Origin: an uncultured Lentisphaeraceae bacterium
GTDB lineage: Bacteria > Verrucomicrobiota > Kiritimatiellia > RFP12 > UBA1067
Direction of reading: 5' to 3'
Assembly: GCA_964400635.1 (NCBI GenBank)
Contig: CAYNVE010000001.1
Span: forward strand, 1 to 46,385
Length of the DNA: 46,385 bases
Positions 9,437 to 17,054 of this stretch are shown in pieces (the stretch's first letter is position 1; each line of letters opens with the position of its first letter). The translations under genes and the position numbers were made by a program. A model generated the notes under the pieces. The model was not told the DNA's origin. It saw only the letters and a list, made by a program, of their open reading frames with translations, and made no database searches.

Positions 9437-9469
9437 AAAAAAGAGAGGTGGCGTTTTTGCCACCTCTCT
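9437..9469 (-). terminator. rho-independent terminator of gdhA
   Basis: 11-bp perfect stem agagaggtggc (9442-9452) / gccacctctct (9459-9469), 6-nt loop. A U-run follows on the minus strand (plus a-run 9437-9441). Lies 30 nt past the gdhA stop. Confidence 0.85.
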
Positions 9470-9498
9470 TTTGCGCGATGCGCTTATGCGTTTAGGCT

Positions 9499-10869
9499 TT
9501 AGATACCCTGCGCAACCATCGCGTCGGCGACCTTCGTGAAGCCCGCAATGTTCGCGCCCATCACATAGTTGCCCTTATGTCCGTACTTCGCTGCCGCCTC
9601 AAAGGCGTTGTCGTGAATGGCCGTCATGATGCCGTGAAGCTTCTCATCGACCTCCTTCGCGCTCCAAGAGAGACGCTCGGAGTTCTGGGACATCTCAAGA
9701 CCCGACGTCGCAACGCCGCCCGCGTTCGCGGCCTTGCCCGGGGCGAAGAGGATCTTCGCGGCGAGGAACGCCTCGATTGCGTCAGGCGTGGACGGCATGT
9801 TCGCGCCTTCGGCGACGAGCTTGCAGCCGTGCTTGAGCAGGTAGGCCGCGTCTGCGCCGTTGAGTTCGTTCTGGCGCGCGCACGGGAAGGCGCAGTCGAC
9901 CTTGTCGACGATCTGCCACGAGTTGACACCCTTGACGAACTTCGCGCCCTTGATCTCCTTGGCGACATCGGCGAGCTCGCCGCGCGTGACGGTCTTGAGG
10001 AACATGACCTTCTCGAGATCCTTCTGCGAGAGGCCTGCCTTCACGTAGATCGCGCCCGAGCGGTCGGAGAGGGTGATCACCTTCGCGCCGAGCGAGATGA
10101 GCTTCTGCGCGGCGTACGTCGCGACATTGCCCGAACCCGAGATCGCGCAGAGTTTGCCCTTGAGGTTCTGCTTCTTCGTCGCGAGCATGTTTTCGGCGAA
10201 GTAGACGCAGCCGTAGCCCGTTGCCTCGGGGCGGATGAGCGAGCCACCGAAGGAGAGACCCTTGCCCGTCAACACGCCCGTCCACTCGTTGCGGATCTTG
10301 CGGTACTGACCGAAGAGGTAGCCGATCTCGCGGCCGCCGACATTCATGTCGCCCGCGGGGACGTCGGTGTCAGGGCCGATGTGGCGGTAGAGTTCCGTCA
10401 TGAAGCTCTGGCAGAAGCGCATGACCTCGCCGTCGCTGCAACGCTGACCCGGCGTGTGGGGGCTCTGCTTCGGGTTAAAGTCGGAGCCGCCCTTGCCGCC
10501 GCCCATCGGCAGGGTCGTGAGCGAGTTCTTGAAGATCTGCTCAAAGCCGAGGAACTTGAGAACGGAGAGGTTGACCGTCGGGTCAAAGCGGAGACCGCCC
10601 TTGAACGGACCAATCGCCGAGTTGAACTGGATGCGGTAGCCGCGGTTGACGCGGACGATGCCCTTGTCGTCGACCCACGGGACGCGGAACATGATGACGC
10701 GCTCAGGCTCGACGATGCGCTCCAGAATCGCGTTCTTCTCATATTCGGGGTGCGCGTCCACGACCGGCGCGAGCGTCGTGAGGACTTCTTCGGCCGCCTG
10801 GAGGAACTCCGGCTGGTCGGCGTTTTTCTTCTTGAGGTCTTTGACGACCGTATCGATGTATTTGCTCAC
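9499..10869 (-). CDS. gdhA: NADP-specific glutamate dehydrogenase
   Basis: LPMGGGKGGSDFNPK catalytic Lys region, GEVMRFCQSFMTELYRHIG, GSGNVA dinucleotide motif. 456 aa. Confidence 0.95.
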   Translation of the reverse strand: MSKYIDTVVKDLKKKNADQPEFLQAAEEVLTTLAPVVDAHPEYEKNAILERIVEPERVIMFRVPWVDDKGIVRVNRGYRIQFNSAIGPFKGGLRFDPTVNLSVLKFLGFEQIFKNSLTTLPMGGGKGGSDFNPKQSPHTPGQRCSDGEVMRFCQSFMTELYRHIGPDTDVPAGDMNVGGREIGYLFGQYRKIRNEWTGVLTGKGLSFGGSLIRPEATGYGCVYFAENMLATKKQNLKGKLCAISGSGNVATYAAQKLISLGAKVITLSDRSGAIYVKAGLSQKDLEKVMFLKTVTRGELADVAKEIKGAKFVKGVNSWQIVDKVDCAFPCARQNELNGADAAYLLKHGCKLVAEGANMPSTPDAIEAFLAAKILFAPGKAANAGGVATSGLEMSQNSERLSWSAKEVDEKLHGIMTAIHDNAFEAAAKYGHKGNYVMGANIAGFTKVADAMVAQGI

Positions 10870-10922
10870 TTCTGTCTCCTTGATTTTCGTTTCTGTGTAA
10901 AAGCACGAAGCGTATTGCAGAT

Positions 10923-10931
10923 ATTATAGCA
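10923..10931 (-). promoter_or_regulatory. extended -10 promoter (TGCTATAAT on minus strand) for gdhA
   Basis: Plus-strand attatagca is the reverse complement of TGCTATAAT. About 50 nt upstream of the gdhA ATG, with SD aaggagac. Confidence 0.6.
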
Positions 10932-11106
10932 AAAATCGCGCCAAATAGGCGTGAGATTCATCGTCCACGCCATTTTTTCTGATTTTCTTTACATTTTTCG
11001 TCGTGTGAGCGACGTGAATATTACAAAGTGTGTAAGGAATGGGCTCTTGTTTGGCGAGATTGCCTTCTGCGTAAGATTTCGGTGCTTTTTGGCAGTAGGT
11101 AGGTAG

Positions 11107-11928
11107 ATGAAGAAAGCAATTGTGTCGAAAAGTGGGTGCCAAGAGACTGTTTTGGGCGGATCGGCGTTCGTGAATGGTGACGGCGTCCGCATCCGGCTGA
11201 TGGTTGAGCGGACGGCGAAAGCGGGTGTTCTCGCGCGCGAGGTGTTCTTTGATGGTGGCGATGTCATAAGATGTTATCGCGGGCGTTTTAGGTTCACGGC
11301 CGTCGGGCGGCAACCCGTTGAGATCGGGCCTGGCGAAGTCATCGTCATTTATCCCGAGCAGAACGTGACCATTGAGGCTCTTGCGAAGTCAAATCAGCTC
11401 GTCTATGTCATCTTCGAGGGGCCCGATGTCTCGGCGTATTTCGACTCGCTCGGCTTCTTTAACGGCATTCACGGCCCCACGAGCGATCAGATTGCGCTCT
11501 TCCGCGAGGTCAAGAACCGCTTTGAGGCGAACGAGGAGGCCGACGCGCGGTGTCTTATGCAACGACTCTCGGACGCGCTCGTCACGTACGCGCACGACCT
11601 TCGTGTTGGCGCGAACATCATTGTCGCCGACGCAATCAGGAAGATTCATGAGAACCTGAAGAAGGGGGTTGTTCGCCTCGCGCCACTTTATGTTCAGTTG
11701 GGGATTGGGCATACGGCGCTCAACGAAGCGTTTCGCCACGCGGGGCTTGAGAGTCCGTCTGCGTACATCCGCCACGAGCAACTCAATCTCGTCTTGCGTC
11801 TTCTTAAAGAGACGCGTAAGCCCATCGGCGAGGTCGCAGCCGAGGCGGGCTTCATCTCGCCCACGCATTTTGCCAACTTCGTTAAGCGTTTAACGGGACG
11901 GACGGCGCGCGAAATCCGCTTTGGGTGA
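11107..11928 (+). CDS. AraC-family transcriptional regulator
   Basis: C-terminal double HTH: ...LGIGHTALNEAFRHAGLESPSAYIRHEQL... and IGEVAAEAGFISPTHFANFVKRLTGRTAREIR. Divergent from gdhA. Confidence 0.85.
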   Translation: MKKAIVSKSGCQETVLGGSAFVNGDGVRIRLMVERTAKAGVLAREVFFDGGDVIRCYRGRFRFTAVGRQPVEIGPGEVIVIYPEQNVTIEALAKSNQLVYVIFEGPDVSAYFDSLGFFNGIHGPTSDQIALFREVKNRFEANEEADARCLMQRLSDALVTYAHDLRVGANIIVADAIRKIHENLKKGVVRLAPLYVQLGIGHTALNEAFRHAGLESPSAYIRHEQLNLVLRLLKETRKPIGEVAAEAGFISPTHFANFVKRLTGRTAREIRFG

Positions 11929-11931
11929 CTG

Positions 11932-11958
11932 AAGGCCTGCTGCCGGCCTTTTTGTTTT
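11932..11958 (+). terminator. possible weak rho-independent terminator after the AraC-family gene
   Basis: aaggcc (11932-11937) / ggcctt (11945-11950) 6-bp stem, 7-nt loop, then tttttgtttt. Confidence 0.45.
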
Positions 11959-12014
11959 CCAACACTCCCGTTCCATTTTTTTTGCGTTTTGCCGTGGACT
12001 TTTCTCGGCTAAAT

Positions 12015-12023
12015 TGCTATAAT
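12015..12023 (+). promoter_or_regulatory. extended -10 promoter (TGCTATAAT) for ribH
   Basis: TATAAT at 12018-12023, 36 nt upstream of ATG 12060, with SD gggag. Confidence 0.6.
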
Positions 12024-12059
12024 ATCACGCATATTCATAATTTTAGGGAGAAAGACTCT

Positions 12060-12521
12060 ATGAAAGAAATCGCCGGAAATTTGGACGCGAAGGGGCAGAA
12101 GATCGCCCTTGTCGTGAGCCGCTTTAATAGCTTCCTCACCGAGCAACTTGTGAAGGGCGCGACGGATGCGTTCGTGCGCTTGGGCGGCGACGAGAAGAAC
12201 CTTTCGCTCGTGCGCGTTCCGGGTGCTTACGAAATTCCGCTTGTGGCGAAGAGACTGGCGACCTCGAAGAAGGTCGATGCTGTTGTCGCGCTCGGCGCGG
12301 TCGTGCAGGGCGCGACGGCGCATGCGGATCTCATCAATCAGGCGACCGCTAAGGCGTTTGAGGAAATCTCGGTTGAGACGCTCGTCCCCGTCCTTGACGG
12401 CGTCGTCTCGGCGGAGAACCTTGAGCAGGCCGTTGAGCGCTGTGGCACGAAGCAGGGGAACAAGGGTTTCTCGGCGATGCAGTCCGCCGTCGAGATGGTC
12501 AATGTTTTGAAGAATATCTGA
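12060..12521 (+). CDS. ribH: 6,7-dimethyl-8-ribityllumazine synthase
   Basis: IALVVSRFNSFLTEQL, VPGAYEIPL, ALGAVVQGAT(A)H motifs. Start moved from the track's 11925 to the in-frame ATG 12060, which has an SD and lies downstream of the promoter. Confidence 0.93.
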   Translation: MKEIAGNLDAKGQKIALVVSRFNSFLTEQLVKGATDAFVRLGGDEKNLSLVRVPGAYEIPLVAKRLATSKKVDAVVALGAVVQGATAHADLINQATAKAFEEISVETLVPVLDGVVSAENLEQAVERCGTKQGNKGFSAMQSAVEMVNVLKNI

Positions 12522-12549
12522 ATCCACTCAAGAAGAGAGAAAAAAGAAA

Positions 12550-13791
12550 ATGAAAGAAGTTAAGAAAGTTGCGTTCCTGACGGCCGGCGGTCTTGCGCCT
12601 TGCCTTTCGAGCTCGATCGGGTTCCTCATCGACGAATACACGAAGAAGGCGCCGAACGTGCAGATGATCGGCTACGTGAACGGCTACATGGGCCTCTTGA
12701 AGGGCGACTCGATCCCGGTGACGGACGAGGTCCGCAAGAACGCGCTCGTCCTCACGAAGCACGGCGGCTCGCCGATCGGCAACAGCCGCGTGAAGCTCAC
12801 GAATGTGAAGGACTGCGTGAAGCGTGGTCTTGTGAAGGAGGGCGAAGATCCTCTTAAAGTTGCGGCCGACCAGCTCGTGAAGGACGGCGTCGACGTTCTC
12901 CACACGATTGGTGGCGATGACACGAATACGACGGCGGCCGATCTCGCGGCGTACTTGGCGACGAACAACTATCCGCTCATCGTCGTGGGCCTCCCGAAGA
13001 CGATTGACAACGATGTCTACCCGATCAAGCAGTCGCTCGGCGCGTGGACGGCGGCGGAGGAGGGCGCGAAGTTCTTCCTGAATGTCGTCAAGGAGAACTC
13101 GGCGAACCCGCGCGCGCTCACGATTCACGAGGTCATGGGGCGCAACTGCGGCTGGCTCACCTACAAGACGGCGCAGTATTATCGCAAGATGCTCAAGTCG
13201 ATGAAGGCGCGCGGGCTCTTCCTCGACGCGTTCAATTTGACGATGGAGCGTCAGGATGTCCACGCCATCTACGTGCCCGAATCGAAGATCGACTTCGAGG
13301 AAGAGGGCAAGCGCCTGAGGGCCGTCATGGACAAGTGGGACTCCGTCAACATCTTCGTCTCGGAGGGCGCGGGCGTCAAGGACATCATCGCGGAGATGAA
13401 GCGCCGCGGTGAGGACGTTCCGGTCGATGCGTTCGGTCATCCGCGCCTTGACAAGGTCAACGTCGGTCAGTATGTCGGCAAGCGCTTTGGCGAGCTCTTG
13501 GGTGCCGAGAAGGTGCAGGTCTTCAAGTCGGGCTACTTCGCCCGCGCGGCCGCGCCGAACAAGAAGGACTTGAAGCTCATTGAGAAGTGCGCACGCAAGG
13601 CGGTTGAGTGCGCGATGAAGGGCGAGTCGGGCGTCGTCGGTCCTGACGAGAATGCGGCGGCGGAGATTCGCGCGTGCGAGTTCCCGCGTATCAAGGGCGG
13701 CAAGCCGTTCAATGTGCGCAAGGGCTCGTTCCGTAAGATCATGGTCGAGATCGGCCAGCCCAACCCGCGCAAGAAACGCACGGTCCGCTGA
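12550..13791 (+). CDS. pfp: phosphofructokinase, probably pyrophosphate-dependent (PPi-PFK)
   Basis: TAGGLAPCLSS, IGGDDTNTTA (Asp where ATP-PFKs have Gly), PKTIDNDV, HEVMGRNCGW. PPi specificity is inferred from the GGDD and PKT(K) signatures. Confidence 0.85.
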   Translation: MKEVKKVAFLTAGGLAPCLSSSIGFLIDEYTKKAPNVQMIGYVNGYMGLLKGDSIPVTDEVRKNALVLTKHGGSPIGNSRVKLTNVKDCVKRGLVKEGEDPLKVAADQLVKDGVDVLHTIGGDDTNTTAADLAAYLATNNYPLIVVGLPKTIDNDVYPIKQSLGAWTAAEEGAKFFLNVVKENSANPRALTIHEVMGRNCGWLTYKTAQYYRKMLKSMKARGLFLDAFNLTMERQDVHAIYVPESKIDFEEEGKRLRAVMDKWDSVNIFVSEGAGVKDIIAEMKRRGEDVPVDAFGHPRLDKVNVGQYVGKRFGELLGAEKVQVFKSGYFARAAAPNKKDLKLIEKCARKAVECAMKGESGVVGPDENAAAEIRACEFPRIKGGKPFNVRKGSFRKIMVEIGQPNPRKKRTVR

Positions 13792-13793
13792 AT

Positions 13794-14438
13794 ATGACAG
13801 GTATCGAACGCCTGCATCAAATCATGACCCGTCTTCGTGATCCGAAGACGGGTTGTCCTTGGGATCGCGTCCAGACGCTCGAGACGCTCAAACCCTGCGT
13901 CCTTGAGGAGACGTATGAGCTCCTCGCGGCAATGGACAAGCCCGAAGATAAGGCGAACCACATCGAGGAGTTGGGCGACGTTCTTTTGCAGGTCATGTTC
14001 CAGAGTGTCATGGCCGAGCAGGAGGGACGCTTCACGTTTGACGATGTCGCAAACGCGCTTTCGGATAAGCTCGTCTACCGCCACCCGCACGTTTTCGGTG
14101 ACGTGAAAGCCGACGACCCAACGACGGTTCTTAAGAATTGGGAGCACCTGAAGCAGCAGGAGCACAAGAAAGAAGCGCGCCATTCCGCGCTCGACGGCGT
14201 CCCGAAGACGCTGCCCGCGCTCCTCAAGGCGCGCCGCACGATGGAGAAGGCGAAGCGCATGGGCTACGCCGAGGCGATGGCACCTGTCGCCATTGAAGGT
14301 GACGCGGGCGATTTCCTCTTGCGCGTCGTCAAGTCGATCGCCGACACGGGTATCGACGCCGAGGCCGCGCTCGAGAAGGCGACGGCCGCCTACGCCGCGC
14401 GCTTTCGCGCCTTCGAGGCGGCGGAGAAGGCCCCTTAA
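13794..14438 (+). CDS. mazG: nucleoside triphosphate pyrophosphohydrolase MazG
   Basis: LRDPKTGCPWDRVQT...LEETYEL...EELGDVLLQV MazG core motifs. Confidence 0.88.
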   Translation: MTGIERLHQIMTRLRDPKTGCPWDRVQTLETLKPCVLEETYELLAAMDKPEDKANHIEELGDVLLQVMFQSVMAEQEGRFTFDDVANALSDKLVYRHPHVFGDVKADDPTTVLKNWEHLKQQEHKKEARHSALDGVPKTLPALLKARRTMEKAKRMGYAEAMAPVAIEGDAGDFLLRVVKSIADTGIDAEAALEKATAAYAARFRAFEAAEKAP

Positions 14439-14444
14439 AGACGG

Positions 14445-14474
14445 TTGATTTCTTTCGTGCACTCGTGCTATAAT
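14445..14474 (+). promoter_or_regulatory. sigma70-type promoter TTGATT-18-(TGC)TATAAT for rnfE and the operon behind it
   Basis: -35 at 14445-14450, TGC at 14466-14468, TATAAT at 14469-14474. Start codons GTG 14483 and ATG 14486 lie 8 and 11 nt after the -10, so the mRNA is leaderless. Confidence 0.65.
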
Positions 14475-14482
14475 ACATTCAG

Positions 14483-15166
14483 GTGATGAAAACATGGTGT
14501 TCATTTTGGTACGGGCTTTTCAAGAACAACCCGACGTTTCGGCTCGTGCTCGGGCTTTGCCCGACGCTCGCCGTCACGACGAGTCTTGAGAATGCGCTCG
14601 GCATGGGGCTCGCGGCGACGTTCGTGCTCGTCTGCTCAAATGGCCTCGTCTCGGCACTCCGTCGCGTCATTCCAGACGCCGTGCATATCCCCTGCTACAT
14701 CGTCATCATCGCGACGTTCGTGACGGCGATTGACCTCCTCATGCAGGCGTACCTCCCCGCGCTCTCGTCGTCGCTTGGCATTTTTATTCCGCTCATCGTG
14801 GTCAATTGTATCATTCTCGGTCGCGCCGAGGCGTTTGCGTGCAAGAACGGCGTCCTCGACTCGCTCGCCGACGGCCTCGGCTCGGGGCTCGGCTTCACGC
14901 TCTCGCTTTCGCTCATCGCGACGGTGCGTGAAATTGTCGGCGCGGGCACGCTGACGGTCTGGGGCTCTCTCGCGTTCAAGAACTTGAACCCGGGTCCTGT
15001 CACGATGGCGATTCTGCCAGCGGGCGGCTTTATCACGCTTGGGCTTCTCTTGGCCCTCATCAACCGCCTTGGCGAGTGGAGTGCGCGTCGGAAGGGCGCG
15101 ATGCCGCCGCTTCCCGTGAACCTTGATTGCCGCCACTGCACGATGTGTGGAAGGGGGAAGAAGTGA
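14483..15166 (+). CDS. rnfE: RnfE/NqrD-family ion-translocating oxidoreductase membrane subunit, orphan, with Cys-rich C-terminal tail
   Basis: NNPTFRLVLGLCPTLAVTTS, GIFIPLIVVNCIILGRAEAF signature of RnfE/NqrD. Start is GTG 14483 or ATG 14486. Tail is ...LDCRHCTMCGRGKK. Confidence 0.85.
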   Translation: MMKTWCSFWYGLFKNNPTFRLVLGLCPTLAVTTSLENALGMGLAATFVLVCSNGLVSALRRVIPDAVHIPCYIVIIATFVTAIDLLMQAYLPALSSSLGIFIPLIVVNCIILGRAEAFACKNGVLDSLADGLGSGLGFTLSLSLIATVREIVGAGTLTVWGSLAFKNLNPGPVTMAILPAGGFITLGLLLALINRLGEWSARRKGAMPPLPVNLDCRHCTMCGRGKK

Positions 15167-15606
15167 AGTGCCCGAAGTGCGGCGCGGAGGAGGATCGCGT
15201 CCTCGACTCGCGCGCGGCGCGCGAGGGCGCGGCGATTCGCCGGCGTCGCGAGTGTACGCACTGCGGTTACCGTTTCACGACTTACGAGGAAATTGATCGC
15301 GACGAGGTGCAGGTCGTCAAGCGCGACGGCCGCCGTCAAACATTCGCGCGCCAGAAGATTGAGAATGCGATTCGTCAGGCCTGCGGCAAGCGGTGCGTCT
15401 CGAACGAGCAGATCAAGGCGATGATTGATGATGTCGTCGCGAAGATTGACGGCGACGAGATTTCGTCGGCGCAAATCGCCGAGTATGTGATGGAGGCGCT
15501 CCACAAGGTGGACGAGGTCGCCTACATCCGCTTTGCGAGCGTCTATCGCCAGTTCCGAGATGTCGCTGAATTCCTCTCGGCCATTACGGAGATCGTCCGA
15601 AAATGA
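15163..15606 (+). CDS. nrdR: transcriptional repressor NrdR
   Basis: VKCPKCG...CTHCGYRFTTYE zinc ribbon plus ATP-cone. I place the start at GTG 15163 (GTGA overlap with the rnfE stop, SD gggggaag upstream) rather than the track's 15127. Confidence 0.9.
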   Translation: MKCPKCGAEEDRVLDSRAAREGAAIRRRRECTHCGYRFTTYEEIDRDEVQVVKRDGRRQTFARQKIENAIRQACGKRCVSNEQIKAMIDDVVAKIDGDEISSAQIAEYVMEALHKVDEVAYIRFASVYRQFRDVAEFLSAITEIVRK

Positions 15607-16676
15607 GTGCCGTCCGCTATCAACGACCGCCGATTCGCGTCGCGCTTATGGGGCTGGGTCGCGCGATGCTCGAGACGCACTACCCCGTCTTCAAGGCGCA
15701 CCGCGCGCTCTTCAACGTCGTCTGCGCCTGCGACATTCAGCGCGAGCGACGCGATATCATTGCGAAGGACTTTCCCGAGTGTCGGATGTTCCGCCAGTTC
15801 TCCGACATGCTTGACGAGCGTGACATTGACCTCGTGGACATCGCGACGCCGAGCGTTGATCATATGCGCGATGCGCTCACCTCGCTGAAGCGCGGATTCT
15901 GGACGCTCCTCGAAACGCCGATGGCGCTCACCAACGACGACGCGCTCGTCTTAAAGGGCGCATCGGTCAAAGCGAAGAATCGCTTGCTCGTCCTCCAACG
16001 CGGCCTCTTCTCGCCAGACTTTTTGCTCGCGCGCCAGATGATGTCGGACCCGCGCCTCGGCACCATTCACGAAATCGTCATCCGCCACGAGGATTTCGTC
16101 CGCCGCGATGACTGGCAATGCGTCAAGCGCCTCGGAGGGGGCGCGGCCTACTACGCGATGGGTGACTTGATGCTTCAGGCGCTCAAACTTCTGCCTACGC
16201 CGCCGATTCAGATGTGGAGCGAATTGAAGCGTCTCGCCTCGCTCGGTGACGCGGAGGATAGCGTGCACGTCTGCCTCAAGACGCGCGAGCAGGTGACGGC
16301 CGACATCGCTTTCTCGGGCGGTGCTCTGCCGGGCGACCGCTCGCCGTCATTCGTCATTCGCGGTGACCGCGGCACGTTTAAGGTTGAACCTGGCGCGGCC
16401 GAGGGGACAATTCTCATGATCGACCCCGCCTACCGCTTCTCGCGCCGCCGCGCCTCGGTTCGGACACCCCCGCTTGGCGACCGCCACGAGGAGATTCCGA
16501 TGAAGGTTGAGAAGGTTGCCTTGCCAGCGGGTACGCCCTTTGGTCCAAGCGCGTTTTGGAAGTGCGTCTACGACACCGTGCGCACGGCCGCACCTTTCCC
16601 GCTCACGCTCGAAGAGTCAATTGAGACGGTCAAGTTCGCGCAGCTCATGAAGAAGACGAGTTCGTTTGGGGGCTAA
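15603..16676 (+). CDS. Gfo/Idh/MocA-family oxidoreductase
   Basis: IRVALMGLGRA Rossmann start, DLVDIATPSVDH, LLETPMA (EKP-like) motifs. ATGA overlap with nrdR. Confidence 0.8.
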   Translation: MSAVRYQRPPIRVALMGLGRAMLETHYPVFKAHRALFNVVCACDIQRERRDIIAKDFPECRMFRQFSDMLDERDIDLVDIATPSVDHMRDALTSLKRGFWTLLETPMALTNDDALVLKGASVKAKNRLLVLQRGLFSPDFLLARQMMSDPRLGTIHEIVIRHEDFVRRDDWQCVKRLGGGAAYYAMGDLMLQALKLLPTPPIQMWSELKRLASLGDAEDSVHVCLKTREQVTADIAFSGGALPGDRSPSFVIRGDRGTFKVEPGAAEGTILMIDPAYRFSRRRASVRTPPLGDRHEEIPMKVEKVALPAGTPFGPSAFWKCVYDTVRTAAPFPLTLEESIETVKFAQLMKKTSSFGG

Positions 16677-16679
16677 AAG

Positions 16680-17054
16680 ATGAACGCGATGACGCAGAGT
16701 CTTGAAGATTATCTCGAAGCCGTCTATATGTGCGTCCTCGAGGGGCATCCCGCGCAGGTGCGCGACATCGCCCGCCGCCTCGACGTCAAGATGCCGTCCG
16801 TCGTCAAGGCGATCCATGAGCTCAAGAAACTTTCTCTCGTCGTCCAAAGGCCCTACGCGCCCATCGAGTTGACGGCGAAGGGTCAGCGCGTTGCGAAGAG
16901 CGTCCTCTCGCGCCACACGCTCCTCAGCGCGTTTTTGACGAAACTCGGCGTCTCCAAGCGCATCGCAGACAAGGACGCCTGTCTCATGGAGCACATTCTT
17001 TCGGCGGAGACCATCGACAAGATCCGCATCTACACAGAAAAAGAGGGCAAATGA
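16680..17054 (+). CDS. DtxR/MntR-family metal-dependent transcriptional regulator (short form, no SH3-like domain)
   Basis: EDYLEAVY..., VRDIARRLDVKMPSVVKAIHEL winged HTH, and RHTLLSAFL...EH metal-site region. Confidence 0.82.
   Translation: MNAMTQSLEDYLEAVYMCVLEGHPAQVRDIARRLDVKMPSVVKAIHELKKLSLVVQRPYAPIELTAKGQRVAKSVLSRHTLLSAFLTKLGVSKRIADKDACLMEHILSAETIDKIRIYTEKEGK

Noticed and set aside
9577-10929. 450-aa plus-strand ORF
   Set aside because: It is exactly antisense to gdhA, whose identity is unambiguous. The translation is Arg/Leu/Asp-rich with no recognisable domain.
10924-11313. 129-aa minus-strand ORF reaching into the gdhA/AraC intergenic region
   Set aside because: It overlaps the AraC-family gene start and the gdhA promoter region. 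It has no SD and no motifs.
11925-12059. N-terminal extensions offered by the ORF track (ribH from 11925; also 4692, 15127, 17797, 18836, 23144, 23838, 32941, 33935, 36409 and 44702)
   Set aside because: The extensions overlap upstream genes, promoters or terminators. They encode Arg-rich or non-homologous sequence and lack an SD. In-frame downstream starts match the family N-termini and have an SD or a 4-nt coupling overlap.
13794-14438. mazG as an indicator of a mazEF toxin-antitoxin locus
   Set aside because: No small MazE/MazF-like ORFs flank it. The neighbours are the PFK gene (2-nt gap) and the rnfE promoter. It is a stand-alone housekeeping NTP pyrophosphohydrolase.
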